Shown one piece after another: positions 17,787 to 27,579 of a stretch of DNA of 64,000 nt; the stretch's first letter is position 1, and the number at the start of each line of letters is the position of its first letter. Made by a program: the position numbers and the translations under genes. This DNA is from Ilumatobacteraceae bacterium. GTDB taxonomy: Bacteria > Actinomycetota > Acidimicrobiia > Acidimicrobiales > Ilumatobacteraceae. The notes under the pieces are model-generated. The model had not been told where the DNA came from and made no database searches. It worked only from the letters and a program-made list of their open reading frames with translations. The stretch spans positions 2,336 to 66,335 of the forward strand of contig DATMDV010000370.1 of NCBI GenBank assembly GCA_035557475.1. Reading direction: 5' to 3'.

Positions 17787-19709
17787 GTGGAATGGGGACG
17801 TTCCTTGGGGGGACGCGGGGCATCTTGGGTCAGCGGCCGTGGTCCGCGTTCGCCACTCCTCGTGGCGTCGCGGCTACGAATCGGTGTGCCCCTGACACTG
17901 CTCGACGCGATGCTGGTGGCCGGGTCGTACACGTCGCTGCTCGCCGTGCGGTTCGACGGCCAGATCCCCTCCGCCTACTCGCATCGCATGTTCCAATGCC
18001 TGCCGCTGGTGGTCGGCGTGCACATCACGTCGAACCTCGTGTGGGGTCTGTACGGACAGATCTGGCGTCACGCCAGCATCGCCGAAGCGCGGCGCGTCGT
18101 CCTGGCCGGCATCACCGCCGGAGTGATCATCTACCCCTTTGATCCACTCGAGTCGTTCCCGGTACCTCGTTCGGTCGCCCTGTTCGCCGCCGTCGTCGCC
18201 ACGATGTTCATGGGACTCGTGCGGTTCCAGGCGCGGTTGTTCAGCTGGCGTCGCAAGGTCGACCGCACAGGGACGCCCGTCGCCGTCGTCGGCGCAGGTG
18301 TCCCCGGCGCTTCGATCATCCGCGAGATGGCCCGCTCGCCGATGAGCCGCCGGTATCCGGTCGTGGTCGTCGACGACGATGTGCGCACCCACGGCCGGTC
18401 GCTGCTCGGCGTCCCAGTGGTCGGGAGCGTCGCCAACCTCGAACGGGCCATCGAGCGCTTCCGGGCGCGCGAGGTCCTCGTCGCCGATCCGGGCGCCGAT
18501 CAGATACTGCTGCGCACCGCGATGGAGGCCGCCGAGCGGGCCAAGGTGCCGGTCAAGGTGTTCCCGCCGGTCCACGAGCTCCTCACCGCCGCGCCGTCGG
18601 TGCGCGACGTCCGCGAACTTCAGATCGACGACCTGCTCGGGCGCCAACAGGTGGTCACCGACCGCGAGAGCATCCGCGCCACGATCGCCTCGCGCCGGGT
18701 CCTGATCACGGGAGCTGGTGGATCGATCGGATCTGAGATCGCCGCCCAGGTCGCAACGTACGAGCCGTCCCTCCTCGTGTTGCTCGATCACGACGAGACC
18801 CACCTCCACGAGCTGTCGGCGCGAATGCCACCCACGGTCAATCAGCAGCTCGTGCTCACCGACATCCGCGACCGCGTCCGGCTGCAGTCGGTGTTCGAGC
18901 GCGTGCGGCCCGAGGTCGTGTTCCACGCTGCCGCCCACAAGCACGTCCCCCTGCTCGAGGCCGATCCGGTCGAGGCGATCAAGACCAACGTGTGGGGAAC
19001 GGAGAACGTCCTCCAATCGGCCGCCTCGGTGTTCGTGGAGCGGCTCGTGTTCATCTCGTCCGACAAGGCGGTGCGCCCGAGCAACGTGCTCGGGCGATCG
19101 AAGCACATCGGCGAGCAGCTCGTCGTCTCTCGCGCGCCAGCGGGCGCCCGGTGGTGCTCGGTGCGCTTCGGCAACGTGATCGGCAGCCGCGGCAGCGTCA
19201 TCCCGACGTTTGCCGCTCAGATCGCGGGTGGTGGCCCGGTCACCGTCACCGATCCCCACATGACCAGGTACTTCATGAGCGTCTACGAGGCGGTGACGCT
19301 CGCCCTCCAAGCAGCCGTCTTCTCCTCCGGCGGCGAGATCTTCATGCTGAACGTCGGCGAACAGGTCAACGTTCTCGAGCTCGCCGAACGCATGATCCGG
19401 CTGTCCGGGCGAGTTGTCGGTGACGAGGTCCCGATCGAGTTCGTCGGAGCACGCCCAGGTGAGAAACTCTCCGAGCAGTTGCAGGACATCGACGAGGAGG
19501 CACATCCCACGAATCACTCGGCCATCACCCGCCTGGTTCCGATCGCCCTCGGCGGAGATCGCATGGACCGCACGGTCGAACAGCTCGGCCTGCTGGCCGC
19601 GCGCGGCCGAGATGACGAGATCCGCAGGCTGCTCGACGAGCTCACGATCACCGACGTCGAAACCGACGCCGCAAGGGCGCCCATGGTCCCGTTCGGGGGC
19701 ACGTCCTAG
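17787..19709 (+). CDS. membrane-bound nucleotide-sugar 4,6-dehydratase (CapD/PglF/WbpM family)
   Basis: N-terminal TM helices, then VAVVGAGVPG and ITGAGGSIGSEI Rossmann motifs, plus FISSDKAVRPSNVLGRSK (catalytic region). Start uncertain. Confidence 0.85.
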   Translation: MEWGRSLGGRGASWVSGRGPRSPLLVASRLRIGVPLTLLDAMLVAGSYTSLLAVRFDGQIPSAYSHRMFQCLPLVVGVHITSNLVWGLYGQIWRHASIAEARRVVLAGITAGVIIYPFDPLESFPVPRSVALFAAVVATMFMGLVRFQARLFSWRRKVDRTGTPVAVVGAGVPGASIIREMARSPMSRRYPVVVVDDDVRTHGRSLLGVPVVGSVANLERAIERFRAREVLVADPGADQILLRTAMEAAERAKVPVKVFPPVHELLTAAPSVRDVRELQIDDLLGRQQVVTDRESIRATIASRRVLITGAGGSIGSEIAAQVATYEPSLLVLLDHDETHLHELSARMPPTVNQQLVLTDIRDRVRLQSVFERVRPEVVFHAAAHKHVPLLEADPVEAIKTNVWGTENVLQSAASVFVERLVFISSDKAVRPSNVLGRSKHIGEQLVVSRAPAGARWCSVRFGNVIGSRGSVIPTFAAQIAGGGPVTVTDPHMTRYFMSVYEAVTLALQAAVFSSGGEIFMLNVGEQVNVLELAERMIRLSGRVVGDEVPIEFVGARPGEKLSEQLQDIDEEAHPTNHSAITRLVPIALGGDRMDRTVEQLGLLAARGRDDEIRRLLDELTITDVETDAARAPMVPFGGTS

Positions 19710-21491
19710 ATGGAGCCGCTGGCGTATGCGCAGATCGTGCGCCGGTGGTGGTGGCTCATCGCCGGGCTCGTGGTCGCCGCGCTGGGCATCGTCTACGTCA
19801 CCACACCCGCGCGCTTCGTCGACCGCTACGAGGCAACGCACGTGCTCCTCGTCGAGGACACGGGCGATTCGAGCAGGAGCACCGCGGCCAACCCCGAGAT
19901 CGTCGCGCTGTGGGCCGAGGAGACCGAGGTACTCGAACGGGCGGCGGCCGCGATCGGCCCAGGGGTCGATCCCGAGCGGCTCGGTCGCGACATCGAGGTC
20001 AGGACGAACCGCAACGTCGGCACTGTCTTGATCACCGCGACCGATCTCAATCCCCAGCGCGCCGCGCTGAAGGCGAACACGGTTGCTGACGAGACGGTCG
20101 CGTTTCTCGCCGAGCGCGAGGCCACTCGCCAGCTCGAGGCCGAGGAGGATCTCGCGGCCCAGGAGGCGTCGCTGCGCGAGCGCGTCTCGACCCTGGACGC
20201 GGCAATCGCCAACAACCCACCCGACGTCGAGACGTTGACCGCCGAGCGCGACGCACTCATCCGCCAGTTGGGCTCTGTGCTCGAGGCCCAGGACGCGCAG
20301 GCCTCGACCGTCGTCTACACCACGATCGACGAGGCCGACCGCGGCACGAAGCAGGACCGCCTGCCGGGGACGAGGAGCCGCGCCGAGCGGATGGCGCTCG
20401 CCGCCGCTGTCGCGCTCGTCCTCGGATTCGGCCTCGCCCTCACGCTCGACCGCTCCGACACCCGCGTCCGGACGAGGCGGGGCGCCGAGGAGCACTTCGG
20501 CCTGCCCGTCATCGCCGAGGTCGTCAAGTTCCCGTTCTGGTCACGCTGGCGCAAGTTGGTCGTCGTCCGCGAGCCCGACACCGCCGTCGCCGAGTCGTAC
20601 CGGACGTTGCGCAGCGCGTTGATGCTCCTCGAGCCCGACGTCGACCCGCAGTGGAGCGGGGGCGAGCCGCTACCCGGCCCTGGCGCGGATTCCGCGCCTC
20701 GCGGCGAGGTGATCATGATCACGTCCGCCGGCAGCGGCGACGGCAAGTCGACGACGGTGTCGAACCTCGCGGCCGCCTACGGCGAGAGCGGATACTCGGT
20801 GCTGATGCTCAGCTTCGACCTGCAACGGATCCGTGCACGAAGGCGGGCGCGAACCACCCGCAACCCGGGGGTCACCGAGTTTCTCGCCGCCGCGCCTCCG
20901 ATCCCGCTCGCCTCACTCGTCATGGGCACCAACGTGCGCGGCGTCAGCATGGTGGGCATCGGCAGCGCCGCCCGCCCGCCCGGCGGCCAGCTCGCCGATC
21001 AGCAGCGGCTGATCGACGAGGCCCGGGCGTTGGCCGACGTCGTCCTCATCGACACCGCGCCGTTGCTCGCCTCGAGCATCAACCGCGAATTGGCGACGAT
21101 GGTCGACGGAGTGGTCGCGCTGTGCCGTGTCGGTCGCACGACCACGTCCCAGGCCGAACGCTGCGGCGACCTCCTCGCCCAGATCCGTGCCCCGGCGATC
21201 GGTGTGGTGATGACGGGTGTCACGGCGCCGGAGGGCTCGGCGTACTTCGCCTATTGGACCCTGCGCCGCGACAAGCGATCGAAAATGACCACGCTCGAGG
21301 CCGATGGTGCCGCGCCGCCACCATCGGCGCAAGCGCCGTCGATCGGGTCGACCGTGCGGTCGGACAGCGCACCGCGTCGGCCGCGCCCGCCGACCCGGCC
21401 GAGCGCGGTGGGCACCTTCGATGCACCGACAGCCGACAATGGTCATGTCCGCAGGGCGCGGTCGCGCGACGTGCCGGTCGACGAGCGGTGA
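19710..21491 (+). CDS. polysaccharide co-polymerase (Wzz-like) fused to a BY-kinase-type P-loop ATPase
   Basis: N-terminal TM segment, a long coiled-coil periplasmic-type region and a second TM segment (MALAAAVALVLGFGLAL). Then Walker A ITSAGSGDGKST, Walker A' VVLIDTAPLL and Walker B DGVVALCRVG. The C-terminal tail has only two Tyr (AYFAYW). Confidence 0.8.
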   Translation: MEPLAYAQIVRRWWWLIAGLVVAALGIVYVTTPARFVDRYEATHVLLVEDTGDSSRSTAANPEIVALWAEETEVLERAAAAIGPGVDPERLGRDIEVRTNRNVGTVLITATDLNPQRAALKANTVADETVAFLAEREATRQLEAEEDLAAQEASLRERVSTLDAAIANNPPDVETLTAERDALIRQLGSVLEAQDAQASTVVYTTIDEADRGTKQDRLPGTRSRAERMALAAAVALVLGFGLALTLDRSDTRVRTRRGAEEHFGLPVIAEVVKFPFWSRWRKLVVVREPDTAVAESYRTLRSALMLLEPDVDPQWSGGEPLPGPGADSAPRGEVIMITSAGSGDGKSTTVSNLAAAYGESGYSVLMLSFDLQRIRARRRARTTRNPGVTEFLAAAPPIPLASLVMGTNVRGVSMVGIGSAARPPGGQLADQQRLIDEARALADVVLIDTAPLLASSINRELATMVDGVVALCRVGRTTTSQAERCGDLLAQIRAPAIGVVMTGVTAPEGSAYFAYWTLRRDKRSKMTTLEADGAAPPPSAQAPSIGSTVRSDSAPRRPRPPTRPSAVGTFDAPTADNGHVRRARSRDVPVDER

Positions 21492-21540
21492 ACAACGGCA
21501 TGACGGCCGAGATGAAGGTAGCGATGAAGGTGGGGATCCG

Positions 21541-22716
21541 GTGACATTGCTGGCGATGCTCGGGGGAGAACCAGTGTTCCCTGCAGGGTTGAAGTTCGCG
21601 CGGCCGGCGGCGCCGCCGCTCGAACGTGTCGTCGCCCGCCTCGAGCCGTCGTACGACCTGGGGATCCTGACCAACGGGCCCCTCGTCCGCGAGCTCGAGC
21701 TCCAGGTGGCGAACCGACTCGGGGTCGATCACGTCGTCGCCGTCTCGTCGTGCACCGCCGGGTTGATGCTCACGCTGCAGGCGCTCGTGCCACCCGGGCG
21801 ACCGGTGCTGATGCCGAGCTTCACGTTCGCCGCGACCGCCCACGCCGCCGCGTGGGTCGGTGGCATCCCCCGATTCGCAGAGTGTGGCGACGACGACTTC
21901 CTGCTCGACGTCGACGACGCGGCCCACCGGATCGACGGGTCGGCAGCGATCCTCGCCACCCACGTGTTCGGCGCGCCGTGCCATCCCGAGCGCGTCGAGG
22001 AGCTCGGCAGCGCGCACGGCATCCCGGTGGTCTTCGACGCCGCCCACGCGCTCGGCGCCCTCCGTAACGGGCGGCCGGTCGGCGGGTTCGGGATCGCCGA
22101 GGTGTTCAGCCTCAGCCCGACCAAGCTCGTCGTCAGCGGCGAAGGTGGGCTCGTCACGACCAACGACGAAGCGCTCGCGGCGCGGATCCGCATCGGACGC
22201 GACTACGGCAACCCGGGAACGTACGACACAAAGTTCGCGGGGCTCAACGCGCGACTGTCGGAGATGCATGCGGCGCTGGCGCTCGAGTCGCTGGAGATCC
22301 TCGACGACCATCTGGCGCGACGTGCACACCTCGTGGCGCGGTATCGGACCCTGCTGGCGGCAGTGCCCGGGATCATCCCGCAGCAGCTGACGCCCGGCGA
22401 CGCGTCGACGCACAAGGACTTCACCATCGTCGTCGACGAGACCGTGTTCGGTGTCGAACGCGACCTCCTCGCCCTCGCCCTGCGCGCCGAGGGCATCGAC
22501 ACGCGTTGCTACTTCTCGCCACCCGTCCATCGTCATGAGGCCTACCGCGGATTGCTCGCCCCAGAGCTGCCCCGCACAGACCAGTTGGCGTCCCGCGTCA
22601 TCAGCCTGCCGCTGTGGCGCGACCTCGACGAGGCCGCCGTCGAGGCGGTCGCCGACACGATCGCCCGCGTCCATGAGGACGCCGACGCGGTCGGCCAGCT
22701 CCCGAGGTCGGCGTGA
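21541..22716 (+). CDS. DegT/DnrJ/EryC1-family PLP-dependent sugar aminotransferase
   Basis: VTLLAMLGGEPVFP..., AVSSCTAGLMLTL, FDAAHALGA, FSLSPTKLVVSGEGG (PLP Lys). GTG 21541 or ATG 21556. Confidence 0.85.
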   Translation: MTLLAMLGGEPVFPAGLKFARPAAPPLERVVARLEPSYDLGILTNGPLVRELELQVANRLGVDHVVAVSSCTAGLMLTLQALVPPGRPVLMPSFTFAATAHAAAWVGGIPRFAECGDDDFLLDVDDAAHRIDGSAAILATHVFGAPCHPERVEELGSAHGIPVVFDAAHALGALRNGRPVGGFGIAEVFSLSPTKLVVSGEGGLVTTNDEALAARIRIGRDYGNPGTYDTKFAGLNARLSEMHAALALESLEILDDHLARRAHLVARYRTLLAAVPGIIPQQLTPGDASTHKDFTIVVDETVFGVERDLLALALRAEGIDTRCYFSPPVHRHEAYRGLLAPELPRTDQLASRVISLPLWRDLDEAAVEAVADTIARVHEDADAVGQLPRSA

Positions 22717-23660
22717 GAGCGCTCGTCACCGGCGGCGCCGGCTTCATCGGCTCGCATCTCGTCACCGCGCTCGTCGCCGAGGGCACGCAGGTCGTCGTCC
22801 TCGACGATCTGTCGACCGGTGACAGCGCCAACGTGGCGCCCGAAGCCGACCTCGTCGAGGGCGATATCACCGATGCGTCGAGGGTCGCCTCGGCCGTGCG
22901 CGGCTGCGACGTCGTCTTCCACCTCGCCGCGCGTGGCTCGGTCCAACGCTCGGTCGAGCAACCGCTGGCGACCGACAAGTCGAACGTCAGCGGCACGCTC
23001 ACGGTGCTGTGCGCGGCGCACGACGCAGGCGCCGGCCGGGTCGTGCTGTCGTCGTCGTCGTCGGTCTACGGCGGCGCACGGGAACGCCCGACACGCGAGG
23101 ACCAACCGCTGCAGCCGCGCTCGCCGTATGCCGTCAGCAAGCTCGCCGGCGAGCACTACGCGCGGGTCTTCACCGAGCTGCACGGCTTGGAGACGGTCGC
23201 GCTCCGGTACTTCAACGTGTTCGGTCCCCGCCAGCGCTCCGACAGCCAGTACGCCGCCGTGGTCCCCCGCTTCATCGACGCCTTGCGCCGCGGTCTCCCG
23301 GTCGAGATCCACGGCGACGGTGAGCAGAGCCGCGACTTCACGTACGTGACCGATGCAGTACAAGCGAACCTGCGGGCCGCGGTCGCGCCGGCCGAGTCGT
23401 GCGTCGGTCGCGCCTACAACATCGCCAGGGGCGAGTCCCACACCGTGCTCGAGCTCCTCGCGGCGCTCGCCGATCTGCTCGGAGTCGAAGCCATCCCCCG
23501 TCACGTTCCCAGTCGGCCCGGCGATGTCCGCCACTCGCAGGCGTCGATCGAGGCCGCCGGCGACGACCTCGGCTTCCGTCCCCGGGGCACGCTCCGCGAC
23601 GGCCTCGCCGCGACCGTGGCCTGGTGGAGTGAAGCCGTCCCAGCGGGGTCGTGGACGTGA
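22713..23660 (+). CDS. NAD-dependent nucleotide-sugar epimerase/dehydratase (SDR, UDP-HexNAc 4-epimerase-like)
   Basis: MRALVTGGAGFIGSHL, YAVSKLAGE (YxxxK). 4-nt GTGA overlap with the aminotransferase gene. Confidence 0.85.
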   Translation: MRALVTGGAGFIGSHLVTALVAEGTQVVVLDDLSTGDSANVAPEADLVEGDITDASRVASAVRGCDVVFHLAARGSVQRSVEQPLATDKSNVSGTLTVLCAAHDAGAGRVVLSSSSSVYGGARERPTREDQPLQPRSPYAVSKLAGEHYARVFTELHGLETVALRYFNVFGPRQRSDSQYAAVVPRFIDALRRGLPVEIHGDGEQSRDFTYVTDAVQANLRAAVAPAESCVGRAYNIARGESHTVLELLAALADLLGVEAIPRHVPSRPGDVRHSQASIEAAGDDLGFRPRGTLRDGLAATVAWWSEAVPAGSWT

Positions 23661-24961
23661 CCGACCTCGCCGACGCACTGGCGGCCCGCCTCGATCAGCG
23701 TCAGGCGCGCGTCGTGGTGATGGGGCAGGGCCACGTCGGGTTGCCCGTGGCGATGCGGTCGAGCGCGGTCGGGTTCGCCGTCGTCGGTTTCGACACCGAC
23801 GCCGAGCGGGTGGCGGCGCTCCGTGCCGGAACCTCGTACATCACCGATGTGGTCGACGACGAACTCGCCGGCGCGCTCGAGCAGGGCTACTGGCCGACCA
23901 ACGACCCGGCCGATCTGGAGGCGTTCGACGTCGCCGTGATCACGGTGCCCACTCCGCTGCGCGAGGGCATGCCCGACCTCTCCCACGTCGAGCAGGCGGC
24001 CGGACTCGTCGCCGACGCGTTGCGTCCCGGCGCCCTCGTGGTGCTCGAGTCGACGACGTACCCCGGCACGACCAACGAGCTCGTGCGGCCGATCCTCGAG
24101 CGCACGGGATTGCTCGTCGGTCGCGATTTCTTCCTCGGCTACTCGCCCGAGCGGATCGACCCCGGCAATCCGAGCTGGGGCCTGGTCAACACGCCCAAGG
24201 TCGTGTCGGGCGTCGACGAGCCGTCGCTGCGGTGCGTCGAGGTGTTCTACGGGGCACTCGTCGACAAGGTGGTGCCCGTCGGCACGCCGGCCGAGGCCGA
24301 GCTGGTCAAGCTCCTCGAGAACACGTTCCGCCACGTCAACATCGCCCTGGTGAACGAGCTGGCGATGTACGCATCGGAGCTCGGCATCGACATCTGGAGC
24401 GCGATCGACGCGGCGTCCACGAAGCCGTTCGGCTATCTCCGGTTCACGCCCGGTCCGGGTGTCGGGGGCCACTGCCTCCCGATCGATCCGTCGTTCCTGT
24501 CGTGGCGTGTGAAGCGGAGCCTCGGTCGCACGTTCCGGTTCGTCGAGCTGGCCAACGATGTCAACGAACACATGCCCGACTACGTCGTCACGCGGATCAT
24601 GACGCTGCTGAACGGCGATGGGTTGGCGGCGCGGAACAGTCGGATCCTCGTCCTCGGGCTGAGCTACAAGGCGGGGACGTCGGACTGGCGCGAGTCGCCG
24701 TCGTTGGCGGTCGTCGAGCGGTTGATCGCACTCGGCGCCAACGTGCGGGCGTGGGAGCCGCACCTCCCGCCCGTCGGGCTTCCGCAGCTGCCGGTCCCGG
24801 TCGTGCCCTGCACCGTCGACGAGATCGCCGCCGCCGACCTCGTCGTCGTGCTCGTCGAACATCCCGAGCTCCCCCTCGACGACATCGCCGAGCACGCCCG
24901 GCTGGTGCTCGACACTCGCGGCTGCCTGCGCGACCGCGCGTTCCGCGGCGAACTGCTCTGA
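23651..24961 (+). CDS. UDP-N-acetyl-hexosamine (Glc/Gal/ManNAc) 6-dehydrogenase family enzyme
   Basis: VVVMGQGHVGLPVA Rossmann motif, catalytic GVGGHCLPIDP, and a C-terminal UDP-binding domain LGLSYKAGTSDWRESP. Confidence 0.85.
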   Translation: MDVTDLADALAARLDQRQARVVVMGQGHVGLPVAMRSSAVGFAVVGFDTDAERVAALRAGTSYITDVVDDELAGALEQGYWPTNDPADLEAFDVAVITVPTPLREGMPDLSHVEQAAGLVADALRPGALVVLESTTYPGTTNELVRPILERTGLLVGRDFFLGYSPERIDPGNPSWGLVNTPKVVSGVDEPSLRCVEVFYGALVDKVVPVGTPAEAELVKLLENTFRHVNIALVNELAMYASELGIDIWSAIDAASTKPFGYLRFTPGPGVGGHCLPIDPSFLSWRVKRSLGRTFRFVELANDVNEHMPDYVVTRIMTLLNGDGLAARNSRILVLGLSYKAGTSDWRESPSLAVVERLIALGANVRAWEPHLPPVGLPQLPVPVVPCTVDEIAAADLVVVLVEHPELPLDDIAEHARLVLDTRGCLRDRAFRGELL

Positions 24962-24968
24962 AGCCGGC

Positions 24969-26366
24969 TCAGTAGCGCCTGGCGCGCATGGGCACCCTCG
25001 TCGGCGTCGTCCTCGACGGCCGGTCGTCGCCGGTCGACCGGTGGATGCGGGACGGAACCGCCAGGAGCACCAGTACCAACGGGAGCACCTGGGTCCGCTG
25101 GCGGGTCAACAACCCGAAGTTGCCGATGGCTGAGAACGCGAGCACGAACATCGCCGTGTAGGCGACAGCGAACGCCACGTACGGGGTGCGCACCGCATAC
25201 CACGGCAGACATTTGAGTCGGGAAAGCGAGTACGCGAACAGCCCCATGAGCACGACGCCTTCGGCGGCGGCGACCAGCGCCTGGGCGTTGCCCGCCTCCC
25301 ACGGGAACGGGCGGAACAACACCGACACCACCGCGTACGGGTACTCGCTGGGTGACGACAGGCGCGGCGAGTCGAACGCCGCATCGCCGTCGGACGACTG
25401 GTCGTCGGTGCGATCCAGCACCTGTTCGACGGAGCCGCGGTCGATGTTGTCGACGTTGAAGAAACTCGCCGTCTGGGCGAAGATCACCGCGCCCAGCCCG
25501 ACGAGCACGGCGAGGCCGGCGAGGCGGCCGAGCAGACCGAGCCGAGAGTCCCGCCACGATCGACGGCGCAGCAGCGAGCCGCCGAACAGGGCGGCGAACA
25601 CGAGCAGCGACACGTGCGGCCTGACGGCCGCGGTGCCGGCCAGCCCGACGATGAGCACCAGGTAGCCGTGCGGTTGGTACGTGAACACGAGCGCCGCGCC
25701 GTAGGCGACGATGCCGAGCGTGAACAGCATCCACGATTCCTTGCCGATGCTCGACGGCCAGTACAGCAGCGACGGGAGGAAGAACAGCAGGATCGCGTAC
25801 CGGCGGTGATCGCCCCCGGGGAACGCGATCCGGAACGCCCGGTACGAGCAGAAGAGTCCCCAGAAACCGAGCCACCCGAACACGACGAACCCGCCGAGCT
25901 TGGTCGGTCCGGTTGCGATGTAGACGACGCCGGTGACGACCCTGATGAACTCGGTGCCGACCAGCTCGGGGACCTCTTCCCGCAGTACCTGATCCCACGT
26001 GCCGTTCCAGAAGGCTGCCGCGAGGCGCCGCCCCGAACCGTGGTACCCGCCGGCGTCGGCGCGCCCGCCGTACACCTCGAACGTCACGGCGTAGCGGACG
26101 AGCGACCCCAGCATCTTGGCGGCGAACGCGCCGAACAGGATTTTCGCCATCACCGGGTCGGGATCGGCGCGACCGGCTCGCTCGAGGATCGGGATGCTGA
26201 TACCGACGAGGACCGGGCCGACGACCATCGCGCCCCAGATGTCGTACGACACGTTGTCCATCGCCCACACCAACGCGAACAGGTAGCCCAGCGCGAGCGT
26301 GACTCCGATCAGCGCAGTGGCGTTGTGGAGGCCCGACGACCTGGTGAGACGAGGAGTGCTCAGCAT
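24969..26366 (-). CDS. polytopic membrane protein, O-antigen polymerase/ligase-like (Wzy-type candidate)
   Basis: 465 aa starting MLSTPRLTRSS, with ~10-12 hydrophobic helices and a large loop (DRTDDQSSDGDAAFDSPRLSSPSEYPY). This is only the last 465 codons of the 1030-aa track ORF. The start overlaps the upstream GT4 stop (ATGCTGA). Confidence 0.55.
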   Translation of the reverse strand: MLSTPRLTRSSGLHNATALIGVTLALGYLFALVWAMDNVSYDIWGAMVVGPVLVGISIPILERAGRADPDPVMAKILFGAFAAKMLGSLVRYAVTFEVYGGRADAGGYHGSGRRLAAAFWNGTWDQVLREEVPELVGTEFIRVVTGVVYIATGPTKLGGFVVFGWLGFWGLFCSYRAFRIAFPGGDHRRYAILLFFLPSLLYWPSSIGKESWMLFTLGIVAYGAALVFTYQPHGYLVLIVGLAGTAAVRPHVSLLVFAALFGGSLLRRRSWRDSRLGLLGRLAGLAVLVGLGAVIFAQTASFFNVDNIDRGSVEQVLDRTDDQSSDGDAAFDSPRLSSPSEYPYAVVSVLFRPFPWEAGNAQALVAAAEGVVLMGLFAYSLSRLKCLPWYAVRTPYVAFAVAYTAMFVLAFSAIGNFGLLTRQRTQVLPLVLVLLAVPSRIHRSTGDDRPSRTTPTRVPMRARRY

Positions 26367-27499
26367 CGCCCGAGGGCCTCGTCGTAGACCTGCTCGATGC
26401 GACGCACCGCGGCGGTGAGGTCGAACTGCCCGGCCCGTGTCGCGGCGTTGCGGCCGAGCTCCTCGCGGCGGCAGGGGTCGGCGAGCAGGGCCACCAGGGC
26501 CGCTGCCAGGGCGACCGGGTCGCCCGGGGCGACGAGCACTCCGTGATGGCCGTCGTTCACCACCTCGGGGATCCCGCCGACCGTGGTCGCGACGCACGCC
26601 AGGCCGGTCGCCATCGCCTCCAGCAGCGCGATCGGCAGACCCTCGAAGCGCGAGCTGAGGGCGAACACGTCGAACCCGGGGAGCAGGTCGGGCACGTCGT
26701 CGCGCGAGCCGGCCATGATCACGCTGTCGGCGAGTCCGAGCGCCGCCGTGTGGCGGCGCGTCTCGGCGTCGAGCGGTCCTGAACCGATCAGCACGAGACG
26801 GATCGTTGGAACCTCCTTGCGCGCGAGGGCGATTGCCCGCAACAAGGTTTCGTGGTCCTTCTTCGCGGTCAGGTTGCCGACGGTCCCGATCACCGGCTCG
26901 TCGGCGCCGAGTCCGAGCGCCGCCCGCGCCGCCGACCGGGCGCCGGGGTCGCGGCGGACGTCGGAGGACTCCACGCCGTGGAGCACGACGTCGACCGGCA
27001 CGCGCGACTTGATCGAAGCGGCGACGCCGTCGGACACGGCGATGACGGCATCGTTGCGTCGGTACGTCGCTCGATTCGCCCAGCGTGTCGCCGGGCGGTA
27101 GCGCCCCCACAGGTTGTGCTCGGTGTGCACGATCGCCGGACCGCGGCCGTTGCCGACCAGGTGGGCGAAGGCCAGGCGAGCGGCGACGGCCGGCACCGGC
27201 ATGTGGGTGTGGACGATCCCGATGTCGTGGGTGCGCACCAGTTGGCGGAGGCGGCCGATCCAGGCGACGCTCGTCGCGTGCCGGGCGTCGAGGCAGTGCA
27301 CCGGAACGCCGTCGTGGCGGATCTCGTCGACGAGCGCGTCCTTCCACGGCAGCAGGTAGGCGACTTCGGCCCGGAACCGAGCCGGATCGAGGTGACGCAC
27401 CGCGCCCGCGATCAGTCGCTCGGTGCCGCCCAACCCGAGACCTTTGGTCAGCATCAACACGCCGACCGGCTCCCCATCCGCACTCGAATCGATCCGCAC
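26360..27499 (-). CDS. GT4 glycosyltransferase
   Basis: VLMLTKGLGLGGTERL N-terminus; ALSSRFEGLPIALLEAMATGLACVAT (EX7E). Confidence 0.85.
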   Translation of the reverse strand: MRIDSSADGEPVGVLMLTKGLGLGGTERLIAGAVRHLDPARFRAEVAYLLPWKDALVDEIRHDGVPVHCLDARHATSVAWIGRLRQLVRTHDIGIVHTHMPVPAVAARLAFAHLVGNGRGPAIVHTEHNLWGRYRPATRWANRATYRRNDAVIAVSDGVAASIKSRVPVDVVLHGVESSDVRRDPGARSAARAALGLGADEPVIGTVGNLTAKKDHETLLRAIALARKEVPTIRLVLIGSGPLDAETRRHTAALGLADSVIMAGSRDDVPDLLPGFDVFALSSRFEGLPIALLEAMATGLACVATTVGGIPEVVNDGHHGVLVAPGDPVALAAALVALLADPCRREELGRNAATRAGQFDLTAAVRRIEQVYDEALGRC

Positions 27500-27579
27500 G
27501 CCGTCCCCGCGGTGACCACCCTCGTTCGGGGAGGCGACCGCGCCGCAACGTTAGGCGACGGACGTCGATCCGCCCGCCG

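Noticed and set aside
17874-20495. 873-aa ORF antisense to the CapD-type dehydratase and PCP/BY-kinase genes
   Set aside because: The translation is Arg/Gly/Asp/His-rich low-complexity sequence with no recognisable motif. The opposite strand carries two genes with clear family signatures. Long antisense ORFs are expected in very GC-rich DNA because stop codons are rare.
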